A DNA stretch of 59,531 nucleotides, the filler included, from Asterionella formosa (Eukaryota), in NCBI GenBank assembly GCA_002256025.1. It is 12 parts of 12 records of this genome, joined end to end, with 100 filler letters (N's around TTAATTAATTAA, not from the genome) between each part and the next. Parts side by side here need not be neighbours in the genome. Positions count along the whole stretch, not along the records: positions 1 to 4,897 come from NKIB01013305.1; positions 4,998 to 9,898 come from NKIB01013306.1; positions 9,999 to 14,892 come from NKIB01013307.1; 9 more parts are not named here. The stretch is one strand, 5' to 3'. The position numbers and the translations under genes are program-made. Below, one piece after another: positions 1-11,792 of the stretch. Within the stretch, counting starts at the first letter, position 1. Each line of letters starts with the position of its first letter. The notes below the pieces were generated by a model. The model had not been told where the DNA came from, ran no database searches, and worked only from the letters and a program-made list of their open reading frames with translations.

Positions 1-555
1 GGAAAAGGAATTATTTGTTCTGTGTCTACGAAACACAAGAAGTTTGACTGAAGCAGAATTGGTTGGTGTTGACGACATTATTTAGAAGGGGTTGTGGACA
101 AAATTGTTAATATTGAAGTGAAATGACATAAAGTGACAACAAACATGATCTACCATGACAACACTAGCTCATTGAAGCTATAAGAGAACGAAAAAGCAAG
201 TTCAGGAAATCTCACATGATATTTCAAGATTAAGTATTTTTACATCACTGATCTTATTGAAAGAAAGCAAGTAAAGATTGAGTAGTGTTAAATGGATGCA
301 ATGATTGCAGAATGCATGACAAAACCATTGGTTGGTACGAAATTTATTCATTTTTGTACACAAATTATGGACTAAAAGTAAGCATCCTTGTCCAGCAGGA
401 GTTTCTCGGAGAAAATATTTTAGGAGACATCCTGGTATGAAAATAACCTACTATCTCTATACACATTGAATCAAATGTATCAGATTCAATTTTTCATCCT
501 ACAATCTCCTGTACGAAAAAATCCATTGTAAGTACCCTATTCGCAAAATTATTTT
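1..555 (+). mobile_element. Old, degenerate 3' end of a Ty1/copia element (RNase H remnant, PPT and partial LTR), related to Copia family A
   Basis: Stop-riddled homolog of 58175-58620 (GKGIICSVSTK..., MTKPLVGTKFIHF), then tccagcaggag and an LTR-like ggagaaaatattttagg. Confidence 0.85.
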
Positions 556-599
556 GATTGCTAAAGTTCAATTACTTACCAATATTTGACAGGCTCGGT

Positions 600-2744
600 T
601 TGCGCAGTCTTTCAAAGCCGCTGGGCACACTGGATGCACACATAACATATTCTTGGGTGTTGGCTACCTGGTACAATATCCATAGTAGAACCGGTAGTTC
701 CCTGATCATCAGTGATTGTACGCATTTCAGTCATACTAGCAGTAGAATGCACTTTGCCTCCATTGAATGGACAGAGTCTGCTGCTTTTCTTTTGATGATC
801 ATTGTGGCCACAATGATTGCAGACATTTGTTCAATTTTTTATTTTTTCTGATGTTCCCCTCTTAACGCAACACCAGAACCATAAGTGCTGACATCTGGAT
901 TCCACATTGCTCATATACTTCCCTTGTGTATTGTGTTGTTCCTTGTGTGTGTTGCCCTGCAACTGAAGCCACCGGATTCTGCAAACACCTTGTTTTTCGG
1001 TTATTTTTGCTGTTCAGTGCCTCATAAATCTGTGCGTCAAAGTAATGATGCAATGATTGCAGCTTTTCGCCTTCGACTTTTGTTGAAGCATGCAACATCA
1101 ACCATTTGTATAACTTCTTCCTAAACCATGTCATGATTTTTCCCATTACAAACCATTTTTCCTGATTTAACAGGGCACCATGTTTCAGAGCAGTAATCAT
1201 GGCAGCCAAATAAATTGTTGATTGGTGCCTTGGAGGAATTACTAAATTTGGTCAGAGAGAGTCTCCGATTTTTTTAATCCAAGCGCCATAGTAAACTTTC
1301 AAATGGAGGCAATCAGCTTTTTGTAGGACGCTCGAGGAAGACCAGGCCATTAGATTTCAGAAAATCAGGNNNNNNNNNNNNNNNNNNNNNNNNNNNNNNN
1401 NNNNNNNNNNNNNNNNNNNNNNNNNNNNNNNNNNNNNNNNNNNNNNNNNNNNNNNNNNNNNNNNNNNNNNNNNNNNNNNNNNNNNNNNNNNNNNNNNNNN
1501 NNNNNNNNNNNNNNNNNNNNNNNNNNNNNNNNNNNNNNNNNNNNNNNNNNNNNNNNNNNNNNNNNNNNNNNNNNNNNNNNNNNNNNGAAGGTTTCATTGT
1601 TCTGGGCCAATGAAAGGATGGCTGTAGTTTCAATAACTCCTTATAGGACCATTTAGAAACAGATCAAATAGTAGAATCATCATCACAGATGATTGTGGAG
1701 TGGATAACATCGTTTTTCATAACTGCATCAATCATCATTTCCACACTGGCGTCTGGTTCCATTGCCTTCAAACTACCAGTTACATGGTTCTTATGACAAA
1801 GATGTTTCTTGGTTGATTTCTTCTTGCACCATATAGCTCTGTCGCACACATTACAGACCTTAGATTTCACTCTGTAGTCTAGTAGTAATCTTTTCGTGAA
1901 GCCGTCAATACAAAAAGCATGCTGTCCACTTACTGAGTTAACCGCTGCTGCCATCCCATATTGCAACTAAATGTGAGTCGCAGCATATTCAGTATAAACA
2001 AGCAGTCTGTACCAGTAAGACTATTCCACCACTGAAAATCACATCCTTTGTCAACCAAGTCTCCTCATTCATGCACATTGACTGTCTGATATATTTCTTC
2101 TTGACACACCTCTTTCATTGCAAGAGCAGTTAGAGCAAATTCAGCCTTTCCAACTAGTTCCTCTACAACACCGAAATTACCTTGTTGCGTAGACCAAAAT
2201 CCAAGGTAAGTGGTAAGTCCATTGCGGAGCAGATGATATCTGCATCATCTGGTCCCATTCCAGCTTTTTGACAACCCAAGAAAAACTGTTTCTTGATAGA
2301 AAAGTCTTTTGCTTCTATTGCATTATTTCCTATCTCAACATTTCTGTCTCCATCGCTGTTGCTTCTTGCAGATTCAATTTTAGAAATCAGTTTCTGACAG
2401 GTCAACCAGGAGACTTTGAATTCGCTTGCCAAGCTGTAATATGCAGGAGAAACAACAATCAACGGTTGGTTCATTGTTGAAATCGGATAGTCAAACACAT
2501 CCTGGTCTAGAAATGCTTCACATTGCTGTTCGATGGACAGCTTTTGCTTTCGATTTGATGTATAGTAAGTTACAAAGTAAAGTGATTGTTTGCAATATTC
2601 TTTTACAAAATTGGTCACACAACTTTTGCAATACATATCTTCCTGCAGCAATTTCGATAATGAATTAAAGTCGAATATATGATCGACATTCAGTTGAGAG
2701 TTTGTTTTAATTGGTGATGTGGTTTTTGGGGGAAGAAATGGCAT
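600..2744 (-). pseudogene. Mutator-like (MULE, Phantom-type) transposase, fragmented
   Basis: Frameshifted pieces in MULE order: GMGPDDADIICSAMDLP; LTFSCNMGWQQR (about 1940-1978, DxGWQ motif); KSKVCNVC...CHKNHVTGSLKAME...IICDDDS; HYFDAQIYEALN. Confidence 0.75.
1370..1586. other. Scaffold gap (N run without linker)
   Basis: 217 N. Confidence 0.95.
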
Positions 2745-3996
2745 TTTAGAGGTCCACCAATTCTGATTTTCGTTGGCGACTATATTTCGTCCTCCTTTAC
2801 CACCAACTCCAATTTTGAAAATGTGCTGGCCACCACTGACACATCGCTTAATTTCTCTTTAGTTGTCGGTGTTGTTTTTGTGGTTGATTTGTTAGAAGGT
2901 GTAAAAATATAATTTTATTTGTTATTTCATGCCACCTTGCTTGCTCATTTCTAGAAGTTTTTGAAATAACGTACATAGGTAGTAGATTGAAGTTGATTTT
3001 CTAATAAAATGAATAAAAACAGTAAAAACACTAATCACTAGTAGATTAAGAATGTTTAGAGTTTGGGATTTGGTTTGAAACCAGAGTCCTGGGGGTCATC
3101 GGTTTTCAAGAGGGATCGAACCCCTTTCAAACAACAGTTAGGGAGATCCTGCCAAGCACCTTTACCCAATGGTCCACAAAAAGTTCTTATCAAAACTTTG
3201 TAGACTTGCGCGCTTTTGATGACGTGATGTCTTCATTCTTCATTCTTGTGAGAATGAAATTATCTTCCAAAAACTTCTCCACCAACTCTTCAACTTCATC
3301 CCATTGACACTGACATTCAGGGCAACCAAAATTGCAGCATCTGCAGAAGATACATGCCTCACAACCCTTCAATTCCAACTCTACAATTAACCAGTCTTGA
3401 CATGTTCGACATATATAATGACTGTTGTTAAATTCGAAGATGCCATTGTTATCCAAATGGTGTGTATTTTTACTCATGGTGGATTGTTGTAAAATCAGTA
3501 CCATATTTAATTTACAAAAGCAAACACAAGGCCCATTGCAAATTCATGATGATGCACTTGTTACTATCATATATATCTCGCGAAAGAAATTTCCAATGAT
3601 TCCCAGTCAAGGAAACAAATTCATTGATAAAGACTGTGTGAGATTTGAAAACGACTTTCTTTTGTTTGCTACAGTTTTCCCCATAATTTCAGCAACAACG
3701 AGAATGTCTGTACTAATTTTTTGACACACCATCCTGGAACTAGTAACAAGGACTTCAACAAAAAAAACTTGCTAAAAACTTGCCAAAACCTGTCATCGGA
3801 TTAGTCTTGGAGGTCAAAACATCTCTTGATTGTGTATAACTTCTAATTTCTAATATATTTATTCGCGAGAGGCAATGTTCCAATCACAAATGGGAAGATT
3901 TGGAACGTGTTTTGATACATTTTGTGCTGAGTAAACTCGTGTGGAAAAAGTATACTCAAGTCATGACATGAATGCGAAATCAACGTCTGCGAAGCT

Positions 3997-4897
3997 TTAT
4001 TCATCCTTTTGAACTTTAGCAGCAGATTTGATATTCTCAGATAAATCCGAATCAAGTCCGAATTTGACAAGTACTTTTCGGCTGCCTGGTGCTCCTCTAT
4101 TAAATTTGAATCCAACCCTTCGATCAGAAATATCCACCAGCAATCCCAAAGAATTTTGCTTCAGCAGACGCTTGGCTTCGCGTCGCCTGTAGTTGAACCA
4201 TGCATTCGAGATAGTACGTACAGATTGAAGAATGACTTGGGTAGCCTTCATTGTTGCGATGCGCTCGCGAACATCAGCTCCAGATACTGGAGAAGCTGTG
4301 GTTGCTATCCGCATCATGCTATGAGTTCGATCTGTACTGTAACCTAGATATCCAAGGGAAATCGCGGGGAAGAATTTCTGAACATTGGTACCAAGCTCGT
4401 GGAACATTACTGTCATGGCGACAAATCTCTCCAACGAGGCTATGCGTCCCTCATACAGCTCCATGCTCAAGTTCTGGTTCAAGCAAAGGGGGAATTGGTC
4501 GTTTCTTGAAGCAAAACCCTTAACAAGCTCCTCGCCGAAATAAAATTCTTGGTTCGCAGTGACGTTCCTAAGGCCCCGGCTGCCACGATTCGAATACCGG
4601 TTGCCGATCTGGTGGAGTGAATCAAACGAAACAAAGGGAAAGGGTTGAGCGTGGATAACAAACAAAGGTGATTTCGAGGTTTACGAGAAATATATATGAT
4701 GGTCTCACCTTATCGGTTGTTTGGTCCGATATCGCAGAATGTTCAACTTTCCTTCCAACCAAGCTGTCACCATTATTGAACTCTTGGCTATCGTTTCTGG
4801 GAATGGAAGAATTCAACTTCTGGTATGGATTAACGATTTCGTCAACCCCGAGTTTAAGATCAGACGAGTTGACGTCAGAGTTGTATTTGTGTATACG
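3997..4897 (-). CDS. 3' part of a host gene, hypothetical protein; intron 4609-4708
   Basis: ORFs 4622-4816 and 3997-4665 join in phase 0 through a 100-nt GT(GAG)...CAG intron (TTDK|IGNRYSN); 5' end cut by the contig edge. Confidence 0.7.
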
Positions 4898-4997
4898 NNN
4901 NNNNNNNNNNNNNNNNNNNNNNNNNNNNNNNNNNNNNNNNNTTAATTAATTAANNNNNNNNNNNNNNNNNNNNNNNNNNNNNNNNNNNNNNNNNNNN
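4898..4997. other. Artificial contig linker; identical linkers at 9899, 14893, 19884, 24879, 29869, 34605, 39595, 44587, 49576, 54561
   Basis: 100-nt N runs with a central TTAATTAATTAA (stops in six frames) about every 5 kb. Confidence 0.98.
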
Positions 4998-5951
4998 GCA
5001 GGAGAATTGTTGAATGCATTTTCAAACCAAGTCGCAGAAGTTACTTCGTCATATATGCGTTCTCCACAAGTTGTAAGTTTCACTTGTGGGTGACATACAA
5101 AATGTAGCATGATATCGGAATCACGTAGCAATCCTGCCATGAGCTGTACTGGTTCGAAATAATGGAGTGTGCGTGGGATGATCATATTTGAATTGTTATC
5201 AATCTTTATTTGTTTGGTCAACAGTTGACCACCAGCTAATGTTGGTGGAAATGAAATATCCATGCGTTTTTTCAATGTCTGATAGGATGGAGCTTGATAC
5301 CTTCCATCAAAATATTTCATTGCTTTTGCCTTGAACAGCCATTTCATTAGATGATCAAAGTAAACTGGTGGAAGGTAGGTAATTCTCGTTGAGGAATAAC
5401 ATGAGTTCTTATTCAATTGGATGCATGTTCAGAGAATGTTTACTTGGAAGTTGAAATTGAGGAGGAAGGAACATTTCCATTGCATTTTCAGGAAGAAAGC
5501 CGGTGCAATCTTGAAAATCTGAATATTGCATGGTTTCTGAATTCAACCCTTGGAGAGTTTTTAGTCTCAATTGTTCGTCCTGTTGTGACTGAATATTGTT
5601 ATAAACTGAATCGTCGCTGTCGTCATGAAGAGGATGATTGTGGTCACTTGATTCAAGGATAGGACACATAGTAATCTCTTCTTGTCTAATCTCCCTAAAT
5701 GCTGCAGCAGTCACACTGCCATCATTAACTTCTTTCCTTGAATGATTAGATGCACTACCGCAATACATAGTTTCACTATGTATTCCAGGAACTCGATGTT
5801 CCTGCATGCAATGTCGACAGTGACCATATGCATAAAGAACACGGTTGCTACAATTTCGATTGTGAGACTCAGATGGGGATTTGTTCTTCCGAAATTTGTA
5901 GTTACACAGAAAACACCATTGCAATGTCCGCAAAGACATTGCAAATTGCAA
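4998..5951 (-). pseudogene. N-terminal part of a Plavaka-like (CACTA-related) transposase, frameshifted and truncated
   Basis: Cys/His-rich N-terminus (CFLC...HNRNC...HCRHC), then LLRDSDIM...GERIYDEVTSATWFENA, resembling the Plavaka ERxYxExxTGxWW motif. Confidence 0.5.
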
Positions 5952-6539
5952 ATGATGACCAAGTCAGGATATGAAAAGGATATAATGAAAATGAATAAAT
6001 ATATAATAATAAATTGAGCGCCACTTCGAACATGCTGTGCTGGAAAATACAGAGTCGTGAAATTATCACTCCACCATAGTAGTAAAAATGGAGGTATACC
6101 GCTACATGTAGTACAGGCGGCACTAATAGTAATAGTAGTATAGAGCAGAATCAACGTTTTCCTATCATCTATGATATGGCTTGCATTTGTAGAAGTCTCA
6201 CACTAACTATAATTATTATGTAACTACTAAGTATGCATTGCTGGATTCTATTAGATCCATTCAAAATCAACATCGTCATCAATGTCCCGTTGATTAATGC
6301 GGTCATTATAATCAATATTCTTTTCATGAACATTTGGTTGAAGTGATTCAACAAATTGATGCATATCCTCTTTACTTACGTTGGGAAATGAGAAGTATGA
6401 GTGTGGGTAGATGATATTTGTGGTGGGAGTAGCAATTCCACTAGGATTCCTTCCATATTCAGATCGATTCTTTTGTGAAAGTCTAGTGTAGATTTCCTTA
6501 TAATAACCGATTAAATCAATATCATCAGTCCATTGGTGA

Positions 6540-8066
6540 TCAGTAAGACCATTTGAAACTTAACTTTCTTTCCTCACACTTTTTTAATAAGTGGTTTCCC
6601 ACCAATGTCGACAAAATGTTCTCTGAAATTTCATGGGTATCTGGATTGAAACCCAAATATTTTTGTTGCAATCGGAATTTTCCTTTCATCAACAAGTGGC
6701 AAAATGCTTCTGTACTGGCATTGATCAGCAAACCAACAAAACTTGTTTGCAATTCACAATGTGAAATTTGGTCACACCAGATTTGTCTCCTGTTAAAAAT
6801 GATTCTCCACGGCTTCTCCTGCCTGTAAAATACACTGGACCAAGAACATCACGCCAGACATGGTATCCTTGGCCTACCCTGTCAATGTCCTTTGACTGCG
6901 CAAAACGATAAAGCGTCAACGCCTACCTTATATAGTCATCAATACCCATAGTCTGGAAGTTAGTTACATTCTGTTAGACCAGCTGGTGTGTCATGAATTA
7001 TGTTAGCATTTTTTAATTGAAACATATTTGATAAAAATATAATCACCAACTCAAAAAATCATGCTTTCGGAGCATCTCCCTGCAAGAACTTACTTAAGAT
7101 TCCATTAAATTGATTATTTAATACGTTCTGACATTCTTTTGCTCAACTTTTTAATGCACATGCCACCAAATGTTGATTTAATATAATGTAAACTTGCCTT
7201 GTTGGTATGTTCAATAGTCTGATTCATCGGAAGTAGTGCATCAGAACCATTCCATATGAAATCGGCAAGCTCTGGGTCACTCTCCAATTCTTTGCCTAAC
7301 TTCGGTTTCACTGTGTATAGCCGAGTTAGGCAGGTCAACATTGGGCAAACCAATCCTGTTTTTGATTGGAAATGCCTTTCATACTACTTGGAACAGATAG
7401 GGCGGGATGTTTGATTCTCTTTTGGGACCAGAAAAAAGCACATTTGATTGATATTCTGTTTTACAGTACCTGCAATTCACAAACTATAACATCAAACTTA
7501 CATGTTCACAGCAAAACTTCTTGGTCTTGAATATAAAACTCACAACCTTTGTGACAATTGATGGTTCAATTTTAGCTAAGCGAGAACGACGTTCTGATAA
7601 GGCTGCTGAAATTGAAGATTCTTGATAACCTCGTATGGACGAGTTTTGAACCGAATTACGACCTTTGTAGTGATTGAGTTCATTGACCAATTGATAAATT
7701 CCTTTGGCAAGTGCAAAATGTTTTTTCCTCAGTTTGTCATGTACATGTTGGTCCGTGCAATTAGAAAATTTGTGATATGGTACCATGTCGTCCATCTGCA
7801 TCCGGGAGTTATTAATGGTATCATCGACAGGAGCCATTTTTCTTGTATCATTAACTGAAGTAGAAACGTCGCTCATTATCGCTTTCAGTATCAATTACGG
7901 GATCCTGTGTACTAGTAGCTGATGGTGTCCCCATCGACGATGGGGTAGTACCCCCAACGTCTCCCAATCGCCGATTGGGTTCCTTTGGATAATCACCTAT
8001 TCGCTTTTTCTTTGTTAACTCATTTTGGAACTTGATTCTTTGTTCCATACCGGCATTATTTGCCAT
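6540..8066 (-). pseudogene. Degenerate ORF fragments upstream of the Plavaka-like gene, possibly accessory ORF(s) of the same element
   Basis: Series of short co-oriented ORFs with no recognisable domain. Confidence 0.25.
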
Positions 8067-8339
8067 ATGTCGCTTGTTTCCATGAACCTGCCTCTTTATG
8101 GTTTTTTGAAGACATTGCTTGTACTACTAGATAACTGTTGTCGTTGTCTTCCTTAAAGTTCGATGATCTTAAATCAGGTGTTGCAAGCTACAATGAAATG
8201 AATCATCAGCCACTACATATAATATTTTACGCTGTCAAGATATGATACCATAAAACCAACAGTGCTATTTACATTATCATATACAAAATCAGAACCGAGT
8301 TTGAGTAATAGCATATCTTGTTTTCAATTATACAATTAT

Positions 8340-8463
8340 ACAATCCTAAAAATATGATGATTTAATGTCCTTCTGCAGTAGCAGCAGTCATGAACATATG
8401 GTGTTCTGTTGCTCTGCTTACTACTCCGACTACACTCTTTCAATTTTACGATTGTACAATCCT
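8340..8463 (+). repeat. Single long-variant unit of the 92-bp repeat arrayed at 53369-53870; 8136-8177 also matches 53328-53365
   Basis: caatcctaaaaatatgatgatttaatgtccttctgcagtagcagcagtcatgaacatatggtgttct matches the array unit. Confidence 0.85.
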
Positions 8464-8794
8464 TCACAGTAGCATTATAAGTCCTGGCTGTACAAGGAAG
8501 TTTTGATGATATATGCTGGTTCCGAAGCCGATTGAAGCATCGCTCTATTGACATATGTGTAGCATATGTGGACCCAAGACATCCAGGGAAACCTGCCTGT
8601 GTCATATCAAACATGTGATGCTCTGCTTCCAATGGGTTTGTTGGAGTTCTAACATATTTTTTGTAAAGGATGGTACTTCCAACTTCAATAAAGGCATGGA
8701 AGAATTGCCTGTGGGTCTCTTGACTGATACCAGTATTCTCCTCAATGTCATCAAAAGTCCATCCTCTCCCAAGGTACCTGAATGCTCCTAAAAC
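8464..8794 (-). pseudogene. PIF/Harbinger transposase fragment
   Basis: VLGAFRYLGRGWTFDDIEENTGISQETHRQFF...AGFPGCLGSTYATH (GFPGxxGSxDxTH motif, Asp mutated). Confidence 0.85.
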
Positions 8795-9254
8795 CGGGAT
8801 GATGGATTGTTGGAACAAGGAGAGTGTTAAAGTGAGCTCATCTACGTAGTTAGGACTCGGAGTCAAACGAGTCAAACGATTCGAATGAGTCAACTTTGAT
8901 GTACCAAGCTCTCATCAACCACACATTATACCTTGTTACTCCGACTATAATGAGCCGGACAATATACCGTAAGCTATTTCGGAAGACCGATAGTTTGAAA
9001 TGAATGATCATGGTTAAATACCTATGATCAGTAAGTGTGAGATAGACATGGGTCTATCTATGATTGTATGTTCCTAGAAATGCAAACAGCATTTGGAGAA
9101 TAGTTCGTTTGTTTTGTTCAAACAGAACAACCTAAACTAGATTAGCTAGTAAACTCACAATAAGAATATAGAAACGGAAAGAGAAACGAACGTCTCTATC
9201 TATAGTCTTCTTTGTCTAACGATATAGATCTATACAAAAGGTAATACTTTAACA
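8795..9254 (+). mobile_element. Copia family B: last ~30 nt of pol, PPT and complete 3' LTR (8825-9254)
   Basis: Near-identical to 20748-21201; LTR termini TGTTAAAGT...ACTTTAACA; PPT ggaacaaggagag. Confidence 0.92.
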
Positions 9255-9273
9255 CACTGTTAGCAACGGCCTA

Positions 9274-9898
9274 AACACTCTCTGCAACTGCATGTATATA
9301 TACCCTAAAAATACGATCAACATATACCGGTATGCATGGACACTCTATACTCCGATTAACGATCTTATATGCTATGCATTGAATCCGTTCGACATATTCA
9401 AATCACCTAGTATATATATATATTTAGATTCTACATCGCTTAATGTGCATATACTAGTACTACAATCTATACTCCGATCGACGACTATGTGTCATGTATA
9501 CAACCTGGCGGCTTGGCAAATATTTGAAAGTGCACTCAAGGAGCGGTACGCGTATGCCCAATGATGATCAGCTACTGGTACCCGTCGTGAATATAGCACC
9601 GGACTGTCAGTTCACCCAAGAAAATGTTACATGTTAATCCAATGTGGCTGGCGTGGGTTTGCACGACCTCGCAAACCAGGGCAATCAAACAGAGGAATGT
9701 AGTTCACGTTCACCAATCATATTATAAATGTGGAAGCGGGTACTTACAATGGATATTTTCGGACAGGAGATTTTTAGGACTAAAAATTCCGGCACACGAC
9801 TGCCATTCTGGTGATCACGTTTTGGCACCTAATAACTCTGATTCCGATATTTTGGCGACCGTAGAAAAGGCCGGATTTGTCGAGTTTTTGGACGACGA
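9274..9898 (+). repeat. Non-coding interspersed repeat, paralog of 17993-18612
   Basis: Colinear similarity over about 620 nt (tatgcatggacactctatactccgatt ... gagtttttggacgac). Confidence 0.9.
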
Positions 9899-10535
9899 NN
9901 NNNNNNNNNNNNNNNNNNNNNNNNNNNNNNNNNNNNNNNNNNTTAATTAATTAANNNNNNNNNNNNNNNNNNNNNNNNNNNNNNNNNNNNNNNNNNNNTG
10001 CAGAATACATTTGCTTCCCAATCATCTCATCATGATTGATAAGATGATACTGTGATATCATGATAGGGTTACATCGATGCATACATCACCAAAGTATGAT
10101 ACGTAATATTGAATAAAGCACATCACATAGCTATGATACATTGATCATAAAAATATGATGATTTTATGACATGTTTATGATATAATTTTGATCAAAATAT
10201 GATCATGTTAAAATAATACAATGACAATAAAATACGATAAAATATGTACGCAAGTGTTACCAAGACATCATAGAAAATAAATCAAGCAATCATAAAGTAT
10301 GTTAATTAATATATGTGTTTGTCGTTTAATGTATACACTTAAAGTCAACAGTTAATATGATAGTATTATACAGTGGATAGGATCTAAGTATACGGATGCG
10401 TTGATATGTACATCACTATAATATGATCTGTGACATGATGGATTGATGCATATCACATACCGGTATCCTCAACAACCAGCCATCACGTTCATTGTTGTGT
10501 CGTCTTTCCTTGTTTTAGCTATATACCGGTATATG

Positions 10536-10727
10536 CTCAGATCCGTTCTTCCATTGCAAATCTTCCTTCAATAGGTCAAACTTGTCATCCTTGAGCATTT
10601 GCCTTCCAGTGGCATCGTAGGACTGAAGCGCGTCCAGAAAGATACGCTCCTTTTCGGCTACTGTGAGACGAATGAGTTCCCCACTTTCCGGATCGACGAC
10701 ACAGTATTCCTTGTCAGGACTACTTTC
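10536..10727 (-). pseudogene. PGRL1: Isolated fragment of a PGR5-like 1 (PGRL1) gene
   Basis: Manual translation ESSPDKEYCVVDPESGELIRLTVAEKERIFLDALQSYDATGRQMLKDDKFDLLKEDLQWKNGSE resembles the PGRL1 motif ExEFLxALQSxYxxGxxxMxxxEFDxLKExLxWxGS; no start codon or downstream exons. Confidence 0.75.
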
Positions 10728-11034
10728 GTTTTTGCTTGATTCCTATGGGGAAAGATGGAAGTAAGAATTTTTATTTACTCATAAATAGTTACTAACAAAA
10801 TGGTTATTTGTTTTTATTCAAGTACAGCCATTTGCAAATAACCGGACGCTGGTGTCATTTCTTTTGCTCCATCGACCGAGTCGGACAGAAGTGTCATGTT
10901 TATGTCAGTTCTTGTCACATCTCTTCGTTCCAACTCTTCTTATTCGAAACCGTTTGATACGGCGGGATACAACCTTCCTCGCTGTTTCCCAAGTCCAATG
11001 GTACCACCAGAATGCAGCAAAGTTTTCTTCCCAT
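10724..11034 (+). repeat. Interspersed repeat, paralog of 41988-42408
   Basis: tttcgtttttgcttgattcctatggggaaagatggaagtaagaa ... cagaatgcagcaaagtt shared by both loci. Confidence 0.9.
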
Positions 11035-11503
11035 TGCATCCATGTCGCAAGACTATTGCGTTCTCCTTGCCTTGGCTGTTCATCTTGAGACAGAATGTAT
11101 GGAACAAGGCGCATCACCCGAAAATCCATGGGTGTTTTCGCTACAAACCAACAATCCATCAAATGCAAAAAGAAAGGCCTATACAATTCTGCGTGATGAT
11201 GTATGGGAAAGTAGTGAGTTCAAACGAATCAACAATGGTTTGATTGGCACACACAGCCTTCGGAAGTACCCATCAACACATGCACATCGAAATGGCTGCT
11301 CCCGGGATGATGTTGCCTTCTGTGGACGCTGGAAACGGCGCACAGAACAAGTTGACACTTAAATTGATGTTGAGCTACCTTATCCAGACGCCAAGGTTGC
11401 GGCAGCCCTTTGTATTGGCGGCCCATGCAAGTATGTTCTGAATGAAGAAAGCGGTGTGTCTGATGATTGGCTTCTGCAATATGTAGTGCCAAATATATGC
11501 ATC
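11035..11503 (+). pseudogene. Tyrosine recombinase C-terminal fragment (Crypton-like)
   Basis: DYCVLLALAVHLE...GTHSLRK (HxxR)...GRW...VDT*IDVELPYPDAKVAAALCIGGPCKY; interrupted by the Copia LTR at 11504. Confidence 0.75.
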
Positions 11504-11770
11504 TGTTGAAATTGCGTCCCGAAGCACTCTATGCTTTCTTGTATCCTGTAAGGACACGACAGAGACCAAATAGGCTGTAGATATGAACAACGATGTCTCC
11601 GTGATCGATTGTAATCGTTCCTAAGAGTTTTAATAGAATTATGGGTTTTTACTGTTGGCGTAGATTGTTTCCGAATTCTCTGGTACCATATTCTTTCTTG
11701 ATTCATTTGACTCAATATGTAGTAGGTAATTTATACCGGGATTTTCTTTCCTAAAATATTTTTTCCAACA
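11504..11770 (-). repeat. 3' LTR of Copia family A (267 bp)
   Basis: Minus strand TGTTGG...TTCAACA, preceded by purine-rich ccagcaggagtg; homologous to 55159-55433 and 58585-58864. Confidence 0.93.
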
Positions 11771-11792
11771 CACTCCTGCTGGACACGGATGC

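Noticed and set aside
8336..8893. 185-aa ORF as a real gene
   Set aside because: Chimera of antisense LTR, Harbinger fragment and 92-bp-family repeat.
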